A stretch of 64,000 bases of DNA from Lama guanicoe. Taxonomy: Eukaryota. Below the pieces are notes generated by a model that was given only the letters and a program-made list of their open reading frames with translations, had not been told where the DNA came from and searched no databases. This document shows, one piece after another, positions 11,231 through 23,894 of the stretch (positions are counted from its first letter, which is position 1; every line of letters starts with the position of its first letter). The stretch spans positions 6,979,367 through 7,043,366 of the forward strand of contig MU054220.1 in the NCBI GenBank assembly GCA_013239625.1, in the 5' to 3' direction. The translations under genes were made by a program, and so were the position numbers.

Positions 11231-12439
11231 ATGCAAAGAGGATGATGTTGTGGTACCTGCCCTCTGTGAACTCACGCTGCAAACCACATTATCTTCCCGC
11301 TCAACAGCTGAGTTAGTCAAAGCATCCAACATGTCGATCACGTTCAGTTCAGTGTGTATTCCTGGGAGCCCTCGATGTCCTACAGCATGTGTTATGTTCC
11401 CTGTGTTACTCAGCCGCAGTTCTCAGCTGGAAAACCAGAGACAAGTTTTAGCCTTTTTTTTTTTAAGCTACCAGGAGGGGTTTAATACTGGAAGTGTCCA
11501 TTCAGGTAGCATCAAAGGCAGGAGAAAGAAATCTGGGGGACAGAATCAGGTGGTGGTGAAATGACAGTGGGGCACTTCTCGGCATCCTTGTATTCCCTTG
11601 GAGATGCGCTCAGCTCACTGCCTGGAAGGCTTGAACACCAAGCGGCCTGACTGAGCAATAGTACTCATTAAAATAATTATGCTTCTCCACTCGGAATTTG
11701 GCTTCAAGATCACTTTCGGTACTTCAGCCTTTCAGTGCCATGATTTTAGAAAGAAATGAAAGGCAGGATTTTTTTTTTTTTTTATCCCCAACTCGTCCTC
11801 AGCAAATGAAGCTCATAAAGGTGCCAGTGACAAAATAAATCAGTTATCCGGTGCTCTTAGCTGAATATAGCTGCTGTTATTGTTAGCTGATGTGCCTCTG
11901 GGGAAAAGACATTTCAGAAAGGACTAAATCCACACATCGTGTTGCTGTAATAAAGCAACATTTAGCAAAAAAAATCAAGTTTAGGAACACTAGATTAAGG
12001 CTGGAAGCTAATCTACAAGGGAGCCTGTGCAGAAGCCATTGTTTCAAGGCCATCTATCTGTAACGGACTCCAGTGCTGCCGAGGAGAGCTGTGAATTCAA
12101 ACTTTTGCCGTTTTCTGGTGCAGGCTGCGTGGTGCGCCCGGAAGAGCTCGGGCTTGTAAGTTCAACCAACACTGCTCAGCTACTGCCTCACTCTGTGATG
12201 GTGGTCAAGTCTCACACTTCCAAAAGCTGATTTTTTTTTTCCCGTCTTGTAAGACAGAGTTAATAATACTCTCTCTAGTTGTATATGTGAAGGTGAAATG
12301 AAATTGCTTGGAGAGAAGTCAGTGTTGGTTGTGTTTCTGGTATGCTGGTGGTTGGTGCTATGCATTTGTCATTCCTTTAGCCCCATCACTCTGGTTCATT
12401 TTTCACCCAGGCATTGCAACTCTTGGTTTCTGCGGGTTG

Positions 12440-12630
12440 AGTGACTGTGAGCACATTACGTAAATTCTCTCAGGCTCAGTTTTCTCATCTGTAAACTGGG
12501 AGATCAGTGACAGTGATAAGAGTTGACAACTGTGAAGTGCCTACCATGGTCCTGTCATGGCCTTATTTTACAGCTGAAGAAGCTGGCTTCCAGAAGTTAA
12601 GTAGCTTGCCCACTGCAATACAGAGGGAAG
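12440..12630. mobile_element. Two MIR fragments in opposite orientations
   Basis: ggctcagttttctcatctgtaaactggg (+), then ttttacagctgaagaagctgg...gttaagtagcttgccc (-). Confidence 0.6.
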
Positions 12631-13964
12631 TTGGTAAAAATCTCAAGTGACTAGCATAATGTCTTGTAAAAGTTAAGGGAGATTATTGTTAGTATTAACA
12701 TCATCAACAGCATGACCCTCAGACTCAGCATCATCCATCCTCTCCTCGACTGCTGAGTGATCTCTGTGAGAACAGGTTGCAAGCACATCACAAGTATATT
12801 GTTTGTCATTGTGAACTAGATTACTGTATAGATGCTCAATAAGTGCACTGAGAGAGAAATGAAGAAAAAGAAACGGAAGGAGAGAAGGAGGAAGGGGAGG
12901 AGGCAGATATGCATGGATGGAATTCACATGTGCTGCTTTCTCAGACATCTGCCATCACGTCTCTAACCTGTTGACCATGTCAGGAGAGCTATCAATGTGG
13001 AACTGTGCCAGGCCTATTAACAATCGTGGTTTTGGTTGGTAATGTGCCATTTCCCAAAGTGCATCTACAGATGAATGTAGCAAGATGAGTGGCCCTATTT
13101 CTTTAATAACTGCCAGAGTTCTCAACACACAGCCTTCAGCCAGCAAGTACCTACATGAACCTTGAGATATTTGGACATAATTATGTTGACCAAGGCTCTC
13201 TACTTAGAGATTCTGAAATCCCATTTACAAAAAAAAAGACTCTTTCCCTTGCAAGGGGAACTATTTTTTTCCTATGTATCCTTGTTTATACTCAATATGT
13301 GTCTCTGATGATTTTAACACAGCAGTGGGGCTCTCATTCCTATCTGATGCTATCATTCCTGAAAGAGAAGGCAAAAATATATTTCTGTTGTGCCTGAACT
13401 GCAAAATCTGTGTCCCCTTAACCCGTATTTTCCCCTCCAGCTAGTAATTTTCTTCCTTTTATTCCCCACACGATCAGGTTTTGAATATAAGAAGATTTTG
13501 AATTTTTTAAAATGTCAGTGAATATTCAGTAGAAACAAATCTTTTAACAAAGAAGTGCTTTAGAAGCCAATTATAATCTCACATGCAGAATCACAGTGAT
13601 CTCCCTTTTTTAAGTGATCACACCTCTTTATGTTTGTAGGGGAAGGAAGTATGGAGAGTAAGTTACTTGTTCACAGCAATGCCACTTTTTAAAGAGAACA
13701 AAATTAGAATTTAAGTCTCTGACTCTAACACCACAGTGTTAGAACAGTCATATAAAGAAATGTGGGAAGGAAGGAAGAAAGCTGGAATCAATGTTAGTTG
13801 GCGATTCATTGGTCATACCAGAAAAAAAAAAAGGAGTATCGAATATCAATAAATGCAACAAACTGGGTCAAAGACTCAGGTCTTTAAAGCTTGTTTATGA
13901 AGGAGGGAAGTGATGCCAGAGAAAATTGCAGTGATGTTCCTGCCCGTAGCATTCTTGGCTTTTA

Positions 13965-14150
13965 TATATTTAACTGGCATTTACTAAGCAGCTATCACAG
14001 GCAAAACGTCTAGGTTCAGCAGTGTCATAGATACAGAGGTGATTGAGTGAGTCGTGGTCTGTCGTTTAAGAAAGAAGCAATTTAGTGAAGAGAGTGCAGA
14101 AGTAATGGAGAGTTAACTGAGGAGGACAGAGAGTGTGCTGCTGTCATACA
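13965..14150 (-). mobile_element. L2 3' fragment
   Basis: gcatttactaagcagctatcacaggcaaaac...tagatacagaggtgatt. Confidence 0.5.
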
Positions 14151-14759
14151 GACTGAGCGTGCGGCTGGTCAACCTTCTATCCCAACAGAATATTGGGACT
14201 CTCATTGGGGCAGCTCTAACTCAGACCAGAGGCAACATCACTGTTCAGTTAAAGATGATACATGCCATCTGAATTTCTCATATTGGACTTGCTCTTCCTT
14301 CCCAACCTGAAGTTACAGGAGAGATGGCTTTCCACAACCTTTTATGAAAGGGCCCACATATTTCAAACTAACAGGCAAAATATCAACCCACCAGCTGACC
14401 TGCAGCTATAAATTACTGACATTCTGTAAAACAAGTAACTATTGCCACTTAGAATTCTTTCTGTGTCTTATTTCTACTAGAGGGGAGATGGATGCCTTCA
14501 GAAATGTGTCTCTTAGTGAAAACATGTCATAACGTTGTTGATTTCCATCTCTTACCCAGAGGTGCTTTGATGAGGACACTAGTATCAGGAACGATATTGC
14601 AAAGTCACAGTATACCCTCTGGGCAGGTTAATCCGAACCTTGGGAGGGTGATCACTATGCACGTGTCAGATTTGACACATGGCTTCTAGTACAGTTACTT
14701 GAGGACACACCTCCATTTATAGATGACTACACACTTCTATTTATAGAGCTTTATTGTGG

Positions 14760-15098
14760 AAGAGAAATTCTGGGAGTTTCTTGTTCTAGGGAAGACAACA
14801 ACAACCAAGAACTCTGAACTATGTGAGCCTATTTCTGCTAGAAACCCGAATAAAGAAGCTCAAATCTAGGCTGCTAGATGAACAAGAGAAAAAAAAAACA
14901 TATATATATATATTCCTAAATACTGAGAATTGAAATTGTCAAACTGAATCTAGAAGGAGCACTCTTTCCTAACCCAAATTTCAGAGCTCTACAGGTGCAG
15001 GTATCAGGGCAGCAGGGAGCACTGGCTGGCTTTCATGCCCATTCAGGTCTCCCTCCAATTTATAAAATATTTGGTCAGGGTTTACAATACTCCTGACA
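14760..15098 (-). mobile_element. Putative ancient LTR fragment, family unresolved
   Basis: Reverse complement begins tgtcaggagtattgtaaaccctgacc, an LTR-like TG start; resemblance only. Confidence 0.25.
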
Positions 15099-15799
15099 AA
15101 GAAGGAACTTCAGAGAAGCCTTTTGAAAGAGAATGCCCGGCTGTTCGGGTTTGGAAAATAAGAAGCCAGAGGTGAGGCTGACAGGTTGTGTAGGGGGAAA
15201 CAGACGGACCTGACAGTTTATTTTTAAGCATTTCAAACTTTGGCGGATCAATTTTCTGAAAGGGTTTCCTTCTGATTGTTCTTTTGAAAGTAAGAACTGC
15301 CAGGGCTACGACAGAAAGTTGACACCTATTCAGTTCAGCACTTAGAAAAAGCTAAGAGGGAAAAAGAAAGACTTTCAGTTCGTGTTCTTTCTATTTATTG
15401 TGGTGCTCAAAGCAGTGAATAGTAGAGTTGGTGCTGAAAGGCATTTCCATTATATCTGCTGCAAAGTCTCAATGAGCCTCAATGAGTAGGGAGAGTCAGG
15501 AAGTAAAACTTTTTCCAACTGGGAGAGTTTGAAAGTGCATTCTCACAGCACACGGAGCTGGGATATCTCTTCTGGATCTAGACCTAAAATTAAACTTCTT
15601 AAAAACAAAATTAAACCATAATGCTGTCACTGCATATTATATTATTTTTCAGTCGATTATGCATTTGCTTGCGATCTCTTAGTTTTCAGGGATGCAGTGT
15701 GGACATTATTGCCAGCTACTAGCCTGAATTAATATACTTTGCCAGGAGATTCATTAGTATTTGATTTGCTCACTTTTATTTAGTCTTCATCATCATGTA

Positions 15800-15945
15800 T
15801 CTTAGATGACAATATTTGTTATCAAGTGTGTGTCCACTTCCTCTGCTCAATTGTAAGCTAATGAAAGGACACTTGATATTCTGTGTAGAGAGACCAGCAA
15901 GGTGCTTTGCAAGTATTTATGTATTCAAGAAACATTTAATGAATT
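15800..15945 (+). mobile_element. L2 3' end
   Basis: aattgtaagctaatgaaaggac...ccagcaaggtgctttgcaagta...gtattcaagaaacatttaatgaat. Confidence 0.5.
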
Positions 15946-16077
15946 AGACCTTTGCAATCTTCCCCAGCCCTTTTTGTACACTTTTGTATATTCAGACCGA
16001 GCACACATGTAGAGTATGATGCTAACATAGGTGTGAGATTTTTTTTTTTTTACAACTGAAGAAAAGAGGTGGTTTGC

Positions 16078-16240
16078 AATTTATCCATCATTTATTAACC
16101 AGAGGCTATGCTGGGCTCTGAGGTTATACAGATACATGAGACAATCCATGCCCTTTAGGATTCTAGCAGATAAATAGGACACAAAAATAAGTAATGCTAG
16201 AAGCATATGGCTAAAGATCAATACAGAGCACTAAACATCG
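16078..16240 (-). mobile_element. L2 3' end
   Basis: atttatccatcatttattaaccagaggctatgctgggctctgaggttatacagatacatgagacaatccatgccct. Confidence 0.6.
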
Positions 16241-16596
16241 AAGTGATAACTTGCCATGTCCAATCAGTGCTAGACGGTCTCACCATTAAAATGGTGAAGC
16301 ATGTGAGAGGGATAATTCACTTTGGTTTGAAAGTCAACACTGAGAAGACAGCAGTGTGTGAAGCATCTGCGGGTCCTGATAAATGACTCACTGATGAAAG
16401 CGCTGGTTAATTTGTGTCACATTAGCGGTATCGTGTTTCTCAATATGACCCTTGGAAAAGAGTAATTCTATTACAGTTAGGTTGGCAAAAGCTTATACTC
16501 CTCTTGGGCAGGGGACTCGGTATGTGCAGAGGGACTGAAGAATTGGATCAGTGTAATGAGAGCCGCTGCTTAAGGAGACACCCAAAGTGATTAGAG

Positions 16597-16762
16597 CAGC
16601 GGTTCTCAGACTTGGTTGCACATTGGCGTCACATGGAGAACAGTATAAAACTATGTCCTGTCTGCGTGCCGTGCTAATTAGATCACAGTCTCTGGGGACT
16701 GGACCCGGGTTTTATAAACGCCACAGATGATTCCAGTGTCCAGCCAAGTCCGAGAAGCCATG
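16597..16762. mobile_element. MER5B-like hAT-Charlie element with 8-bp TSD
   Basis: cagcggttctcagacttggttgcacattgg...gatgattccagtgtccagccaagtccgagaagccatg; flanks gattagag (16589-16596) and gattagaa (16763-16770). Confidence 0.8.
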
Positions 16763-16770
16763 GATTAGAA

Positions 16771-16930
16771 CCCTGCTTCTCAAGCTGTAATAGGCTACAA
16801 ACCACCTGGGGGTCTGGTTGAAATGGAAATTCTGACCCAGTGAGTCTGGGATAGGGCCTGAGATTCTGCATTTCTAACAAGTTCCCAGGTGACACCTGCT
16901 CTGCTGTTGAGCAGTTGAGCGGTAAGAGAC
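16771..16930. mobile_element. MER5A-like hAT-Charlie element
   Basis: gtctgggatagggcctgagattctgcatttctaacaagttcccaggtga. Confidence 0.85.
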
Positions 16931-17349
16931 TGTGGTCCCTCGGGGACTAGAAAACTCCCAATTTGCTAGCTTTCCAATCTCTGCCCAGACTCTCAAGGTA
17001 AGGTGGTTGTGTTGGTCTTATAACTTTTACATATAAAATATTTTTTTTCCTTTTCTTTCCCAAAGAACTGATCTGTGTAACATAGGATTTTGGGGATTTG
17101 ACATTACGAGCTAAGAGAGTCTGGCCACAGCCTAATAAAAACATTCAAAGCTGAGATACATTTTGGGGAACTGGGTGGAGTTGGAGGCCGAACTCCCTTC
17201 CTATAAAAGTGGGTGATTTAAGTTATTGTGAGTTTTTCAGTGTATACAATCTTTGTGAAAATGCCTAAGTTAGCTGTGTTTTGGAATTGTGCCTGACTCT
17301 CATACAGCTAAAACTCTCTCCTATAACCCCCAAATAATTTGAGATACAC

Positions 17350-17570
17350 AGTTGTAAAGGGGTAACAATTTGGATCTCTAGTGTCAGGCTGCTTTAGTTC
17401 AAATCCTGCCTCAGCAGCATTCTGGACGATAACACCCAGCCTCTCTCATTTTCTTTACGATGGAGATAAATATAAGACCTCTTGCAAGTGGTTGCTACAA
17501 GGATTGAATGAGGTGGCGTTCACAGGCACTGAGAACAGAGCATGGCTGTCACCAACCCTGGATGTAATCT
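17350..17570 (+). mobile_element. MIR
   Basis: ctagtgtcaggctgctttagttcaaatcctgcctcagc...ggattgaatgag...agaacagagcatggc. Confidence 0.65.
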
Positions 17571-17779
17571 ATTACGGTCTCACTTCCATCAAAGAGACAG
17601 AACCTAAAAGGAAACATACCAGCCTTTCACAAAACAGCCAGCCGTTTTGAGAATTAAAAGATATGGTCATTCTTTGTTAGTAAAGTTCATTACTTTCCTC
17701 ACTTCCGTTTATCCTCTCATGGCCAATATTTGCTGCTTGTAATTTGAGAGCATTCATTTAATTATTAAATAATATTAAA

Positions 17780-18480
17780 TTTAATAATTAAATATGAGAA
17801 AAAGGTAGAATATGTAGTATGCTGGATGATGGTAACTGCTACTGGGCAAGTTAAAGTAGGGGAGGAGGGTGAGAAGTGCCAGAGGAGAGTGGAGAGGGTG
17901 AGCAGAACTAAATGAGGGGGTCAGGGAAGCCCTGCAGACACGGCATCGTGTGTTCCTGTAGGACGAGAGTAGGAAAGCCGTGCAGAGATTTGAAGACAGA
18001 GCAGTCCAGGGAGGAAGACGAGCAAGGCCAAGGTTCTGGGGCTGGAAGGCTTGGAACGCCATAATGTCAAAGGGAGGCTATGATGTCAAGCAGGAACAGG
18101 CTGGAGTTGAGTGAGTGAGGAGGGCAGTGATAGCAGATGGGTGAGCGCCGAGGTCCTCAGACTTGAGTATGTGTCAGAATCACCTGGAGGGCTGGTAAAA
18201 ATATAGACTCCTAAGCCCCGTGCCCAGGCTTTCCGATTCATCAGGTCTGGGGAAGAGCCTAGAGAACTGCGTTTCTAATCAATTCCCAGATGGTGGGAGT
18301 GGGGCTGGAGGGCACAGTGAGGAACGTCACATCGAGAAACATTAGCTGAGACTGAGAAATAGTGGCCGACAGATCGTACTGAGCTTGAGAAGACATTCTA
18401 AGGGTTTCAGTTTTTACTCTAAGTGAAAAGCAAAGGGACTAGGGGGTTTTCATCAGAGGACTAGCTTAATCAAATGCACA
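17780..18480 (-). mobile_element. L2 fragment interrupted by MER5A
   Basis: ggggtcagggaagccctgc...caggctggagttgagtgagtgagg...tttcagtttttactctaagtgaaaagcaaaggg. Confidence 0.7.
18148..18344. mobile_element. MER5A
   Basis: cttgagtatgtgtcagaatcacctggagggctggtaaaaatatagac...ccgattcatcaggtctgggg...gcgtttctaa. Confidence 0.85.
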
Positions 18481-19117
18481 AGTTTTGGCAAACAGTCTTT
18501 CTGACAAAATCGAGAAAGGTTGGACACCTTGGCTTCCTTCCTTCCCACATAATTTGATGTTGTTACAGTGTGTATGAACGTTTCCAAACATCTCAGCTCA
18601 TTTGGTGAGACATATTTCACCTCACCATGTATACTCTAGATTTAGCATTCCAGCTTATTCACATGTTTGTGGTCCAATGAGTCAACATCAACGTCAAGTA
18701 TAGTATTATAATATTGCAGTCTGATTTAAAACCAAAGTCAACCCCAGTATAAATATAAACCAGGTCATTCAACAACAGGTAATCTGTTTTAAAAAAAAAA
18801 AAGTTTTCTTTCCAATAGTTATGTTGGTATCCTATGGACGAGTTCATCACACTGGTGTTATCACTTTCTAAATATGACCTCCCACAAGTGTTAATTATGT
18901 TCCTGGGTGGTACAGAGGAACACGATTATTGCCGTCGCTTTGTTGAACATTCGTGCTGTCTGTGATACTATACCACATTCAGAAAGGTAGCCTTCTTTTA
19001 AGAACAGGAAAAATAAATACGTCCAACATTGTCTGATCGAAGTTTTCTGTTGTTTGATGCTGTGATATTTTAAAGTGGTAAGCGTCATAGCATTTCTGTG
19101 GGTTTTTTTTTTTAAAG

Positions 19118-19238
19118 ACAGTCCCTGTTTTTTAATTGGTGTATTTAGATCATTAACATTTAAAGAGATTATTGATATAGTTGACTTAATATGTATGTTA
19201 TTTGCAACTTTTCTATTTATTATCTTTGTTCATTGTTT
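19118..19238 (-). mobile_element. Old L1 internal fragment
   Basis: ttttaattggtgtatttagatcattaacatttaaagagattattgatatagttg resembles antisense L1 near the ORF1 end. Confidence 0.65.
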
Positions 19239-19251
19239 ATATATATATATA

Positions 19252-19634
19252 TTTTTTTTTGAGCTATAGTCAGTTTACAATGTTGTGTCAAATTCCAGTG
19301 CAGAGCACAACTTTTCAGTTATACATGAACATACATGTATTCGTTGTCACATTCTTTTTTGCTGTGAGCTACCACAAGATCTTGTATATATTTCCCTGTG
19401 CTACACAGTGTAATCTTGTTTATCTACTCTACATATGCCTGTCAGTATCTACAAATTTCGAACTCCCAGTCTGTCCCTTCCCACTCCCCTCCCCTCTGGC
19501 AACCACAAGTTTGTATTCTATGTCTACGAGTCTGTTTCTGTTTTGTATTTATGTTCATTTTTTTAATTAATTTATTTTATTTTACTTTTTTCATTTTTTT
19601 AGATTAGATTCCACATATGAGCGATCTCATATGG
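19252..19634 (-). mobile_element. Young 5'-truncated L1 3' UTR
   Basis: T-run, then gagctatagtcagtttacaatgttgtgtcaa...ttccctgtgctacacagt...ggcaaccacaagtttgt...agattccacatatgagcgatctcatatgg. Confidence 0.92.
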
Positions 19635-20324
19635 AGCCTTGATTTTGCACAACCTTGTTGAAGACAAGAGTTGTCAAAGAGCACGTATGAAGGACACCCT
19701 TCATGAGCGCTGTGATTCTAGCCAGTGGCCCCAGGCAGCCACTGTCATTGGTACAACTTTCTGGCCTGTTGCACTCTTATTTTTTTTTTTCACTATTAAT
19801 GTTTCGCCAGTTAAAAACTGCAGCCCTAACATGAGTTTCATTAAGCTTGATTTTTGAAGTTCTTGCTTATCTAAGCAGAACCTATTTTCTTTTTCTTTTT
19901 TTCCCTGTTTCTTTACATTAAAAAAAAAATCAATTCTTTGGAAATCAGTTCTCCAACGAAGATGGCTGTAACTCCAAATGTAAACAAATGTCGTCTCATA
20001 CTACACCCACAAACCTAATTTCCCAGACTTTCTAGGATAAATTTTTCCCTTTTGATTGCTTTGCAAGACTACCGCACACTTTTACCAAAATAACATTTTC
20101 CGTATGGAACATACACTTAGACACTGAAAGCAAAGGGCACCCAGACAGTAGAGAAAACAGTATTTGCTCTGAGAGCAAGCTGCCTCCTCTTTGTTCTTAC
20201 TCCTCCGAAGGCTTGTGTGCTGATATTTAACTGCAGCTTTCATAACTCATCAGCACCATTCTCTCTAACTTCTTGAATTTCAAATAATAACTGACAATTT
20301 GCTTTAAAACCAAGAGAATGTCAA

Positions 20325-20510
20325 TAGTAGCTAACATTTATTGAGAGCTTACTATGTGCCGGGCACAAGGCTTTATGTGTCTGTCCATTATTACCTTTTA
20401 TCCCCATAATATCCTAGAAGTCAACTGCTTGAAAAGCTAAGTGTCCAGACAAAGCCACACAGCTAGAAAGCAGGGGAACAAAAATTCTAACTATGCTATT
20501 TGACTTCAGA
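20325..20510 (-). mobile_element. MIR
   Basis: aatagtagctaacatttattgagagcttactatgtgccgggcac. Confidence 0.75.
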
Positions 20511-20679
20511 ATCTATCCTCTCAAATAAAATCAGCTGACACTGCTCATGTTTTAAGTATTTATCACTATAAGCCATAAAACTAATAAGCTGGAAAAAAAC
20601 ATGGCATAGTGAAGTAATGATCATTTTGGCAATTGTAATTATAACAACAGTAAAGAAACAATCATTATTATTATTATTG

Positions 20680-20830
20680 GACATGGCATATAAACCAGGC
20701 AGTGTATTGAGTCATCTCACTTTATTGTCTCAACCATTGGGATCAGCAGACATTATGATACCATTTGGCAGATGAGGAAACTGAGACTCAGCTAAGTAAT
20801 TTCCTTAGTTCACCTATATTATGCATGGTT
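20680..20830 (-). mobile_element. MIR
   Basis: ccatttggcagatgaggaaactgagactcag. Confidence 0.75.
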
Positions 20831-20914
20831 GGACCATGATTTTCATTTATTCGGGTTCATAACCAGTAGCCCTAAGTCATTAGCACACATTCCTCAAAGT
20901 CTTATGAACACTTA

Positions 20915-21130
20915 GTGAGTCACTGCGCAGTGCCAGGCACTCTCCTTACGTACGTATTCGTTGATACTCAGAGTAAGCTTTGGAGGCAGGGATGTTTATT
21001 GTCACCATTTTGCAATTGAGGGGATGAAAGACTCCAAGAGGTGGAGTCTTATGTCCACAGCCACGTGGCTAAGGATGAGGAACCAGGAGTCACTCAGAGT
21101 TCTAGGTTCCTCTACCCACGCGTTCTCCCA
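20915..21130 (-). mobile_element. MIR
   Basis: gtgccaggcactct...cattttgcaattgaggggatgaaagactccaagaggtggag...cacagccacgtgg. Confidence 0.6.
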
Positions 21131-21979
21131 GCAGGAGAGATGCCATGATTATGATTGGAATATCTTGCCCTGTATCCTGAATGCTCACGTGTGACTGATA
21201 CTGAGATAGCCCCTCTGGCCATGCCTTTCTGAACAGAGAGTGAATCCCATACCCTTGTGTGAAAGAAAGGGATAGACATGCAGCTGTGCAAATCCTCCTC
21301 CTTAAGCAGGGGCTGGAGGGCAGGACAGAGAGCAAGGACAGAAAACAACCTGAAATATTGTCCAGCTCCCAGAGAGTGATAATGAATTTAACCTTTGAGG
21401 TCAATTCTCCCTTCTCTCAGAGGCCAGCCGAGAAAGAGAATCAAAGGGATGCAGTGCTGCCCAGAGAAGGGACACACAAAGGAACATAAGCATGTTGAAC
21501 TGGCTTTTCTGTCAAGACCCACATGAATTAGTTGGGATCTCCTGTTGTTTTGGGAGTGGAGTTCCCAAGTCCCCAAATTCAGAACATTAAGTCACTCCTA
21601 CCAGATACAGGTAAGCCAATCTAGGGTTTTCTGACCTAGAGAATGTTCTAATTATCCTAAAACAAATAACTTTGTATGAATCAATAAGATAGCCATCGTT
21701 TGAAATGCAAACTCTGCTTAGCTTATATTAGATGCTCTATAAATCAAAGCAAATATTTAACCATGCCATCCCAGACTGTTCATGATCTGAACCCTAACTA
21801 CGTTTATAAGTTTCTTTACTCCCTTCTTTTCTCTACCATGTTGTCAAGATACACTGAAGTGAATTATATATAATGAGTCTCTTTGATCGAGAGGATTCAG
21901 CTGTCATTTCATTGTTTTTACCTTCCCTTTTTTTGCTTCACCTTATTCCTGTTTTCTGAAACAGAGTTCATATGCCATC

Positions 21980-22239
21980 TTGACTTAGTAGCTTTCTGGT
22001 TGTCAGTGATGGAAATTAATTCATATTCCCTTAGGCAAAAGAAGGGGAGTTAAACTGTCTTCACCATATTCAATTCGTTAAGGAAAGAACTAGAACTGAG
22101 GTCTAAATAGTTGTGGAGTCTAATTCGCAGAATATGCTGCCCACAGTTTCTTGGTTCACAGGGAAACATGAAACAGGTCTCTTCTCACTTGTAGATGGAC
22201 TCAGCTCTCATTTAGTCACAATTCCAAATCCCTGTAAAC
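21980..22239 (-). mobile_element. Old MaLR LTR fragment (MLT1J/K-like), probably split by the adjacent L1
   Basis: ctttctggttgtcagtgatggaaattaattcatattcccttaggcaaaagaagggg. Confidence 0.45.
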
Positions 22240-23688
22240 TTTTTTTTTAACTGAAGTATAATCAATTTACAATGCTGTGTTAATTTCTGGTGTACAGCAT
22301 TGTGATTCATTTACACACACACACATATATTCCTTTTAATATTCTTTTTCATTACAAGGTATTGAATGTAGTTCCCTGTGCCATAGAGTAGGACCTTGTT
22401 CTTGATCTATTTTATATATAGTAGTTTGTATCTCCTAATTTGTCCCTCCCTACCCCCTTTCACTTTCCCCCTAGGTAACCATATGTTTGTTTTCAATGTC
22501 TGTTTTTGTTTTGTAAATAAATTCATCTGTGTCTTTTTTTTTTTTTTTTAGATTCCACACATGAGTGATATCACATGATATTTTTCATTTTCTTTCTGGC
22601 TTTCTTCTCTTAGAATGATGATCTGCAGATCCATCCATGATACTGGAAATGGCATTATTTTGTTCTTTTTTATGGCTGAGTAGTATTCCATTGTATAAAT
22701 ATACCACAACTTCTTTGTCCAGTCATCTGCCAGTGGACATTTAGGTTGCTTCCATGTCTTGGCTATTGTGAATAGTGTGGCCATGAATATTGAGGTGGGT
22801 GGATCTTTTCAAATTAGACTTTCCTCCAGATATATGCCCAGGAGTGGGATTGCTGGATCATAGGTAAATCTATTTTCAGTTGTTTAAGGAGTCTCTGTAC
22901 TGTCTTCCATAATGGCTGCATCAAACTACATTCCTACCAACAGTGTAGGAGTTTTTCTCCACACCCTCTCCAGCTTTTATCATTTGTGGACTTTCTAATG
23001 ATGGCTATTCTGACTGGTGTGAGGTGATACCTCATTGTAGTTTAGATTTGCATTTCTTTGATAATTAACAATATTGAGCATTTTTTCCTGTGCCTATAGG
23101 CCATTTGTATATCTTTGTTGGAGCAATGCTTGTTTAGCTCTTCTGCTCATGTTTGGACTGGTTTGGTTTTGTTTGTTTTTTTTGTTTGTTTGCTTGTTTT
23201 GTTATCGAGCCATATAAGCTGTTTGTATATTCTGGAAATTAAGCCCATTTTGGTTGCATCATTTGCAAATGTTTTCTCCCAGTCCATAGGTTGTATTTTC
23301 ATTTTGTTTATGTTTTCTTTGCTATGGAAAAGCTCAAAAGTTTAATTAGGTCCCATTTATTTATTTTTGCTTTATTTCTTTTGCCTTAGTAGACTGCCCA
23401 GGAGAACATTGCTACAATTTATATCAGAGAATGTTTTGCCTATGTTCTAGAAGAGATTTATGGTATCTTATGTTTAAGTCTTAAGCCATTTTGAGTTTAT
23501 TTTCACGTGTGGTGTGAAGCAGTGTTCTAATTCCATTGATTTACGTGCAACTATCCAGCTTTCCCAACAGCACTAGTAGAAGAGACTGTCTTTTCTCCGT
23601 TGTATATTCTTGCCTCCTTAGTTGGAGATTAGTTGACCATAGGTGTGTGAGTTTATTTCTGGGCTCTCTATTCTGATCCATTGATCCA
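22240..23688 (-). mobile_element. 5'-truncated L1 (ORF2 C-terminus plus 3' UTR), about 1.45 kb
   Basis: Minus-strand ORF gives TLFTIAKTWKQPKCP...WTKKLWYIYTMEYYSAIKKNKIMPF, the L1 ORF2 C-terminus; T-run at 22240. Confidence 0.95.
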
Positions 23689-23894
23689 AATATCAGTAAT
23701 CTTGATTCAAATTGACCCAACTAGCATTTTAGATCAGTCGGGGTGGGAGAGGTGAGATGGGTAGAATAATTCTCCATTACCTTGGCTCAAAAGAACTCAC
23801 CCAAAGAGAAAGGGCAGGTAACACATAAAGGGCAGGCAGTTGTCTGGTGGGCTCTGTATACCCAGTAAAGTTGCCCGTTGACATTGAAGGGTGA

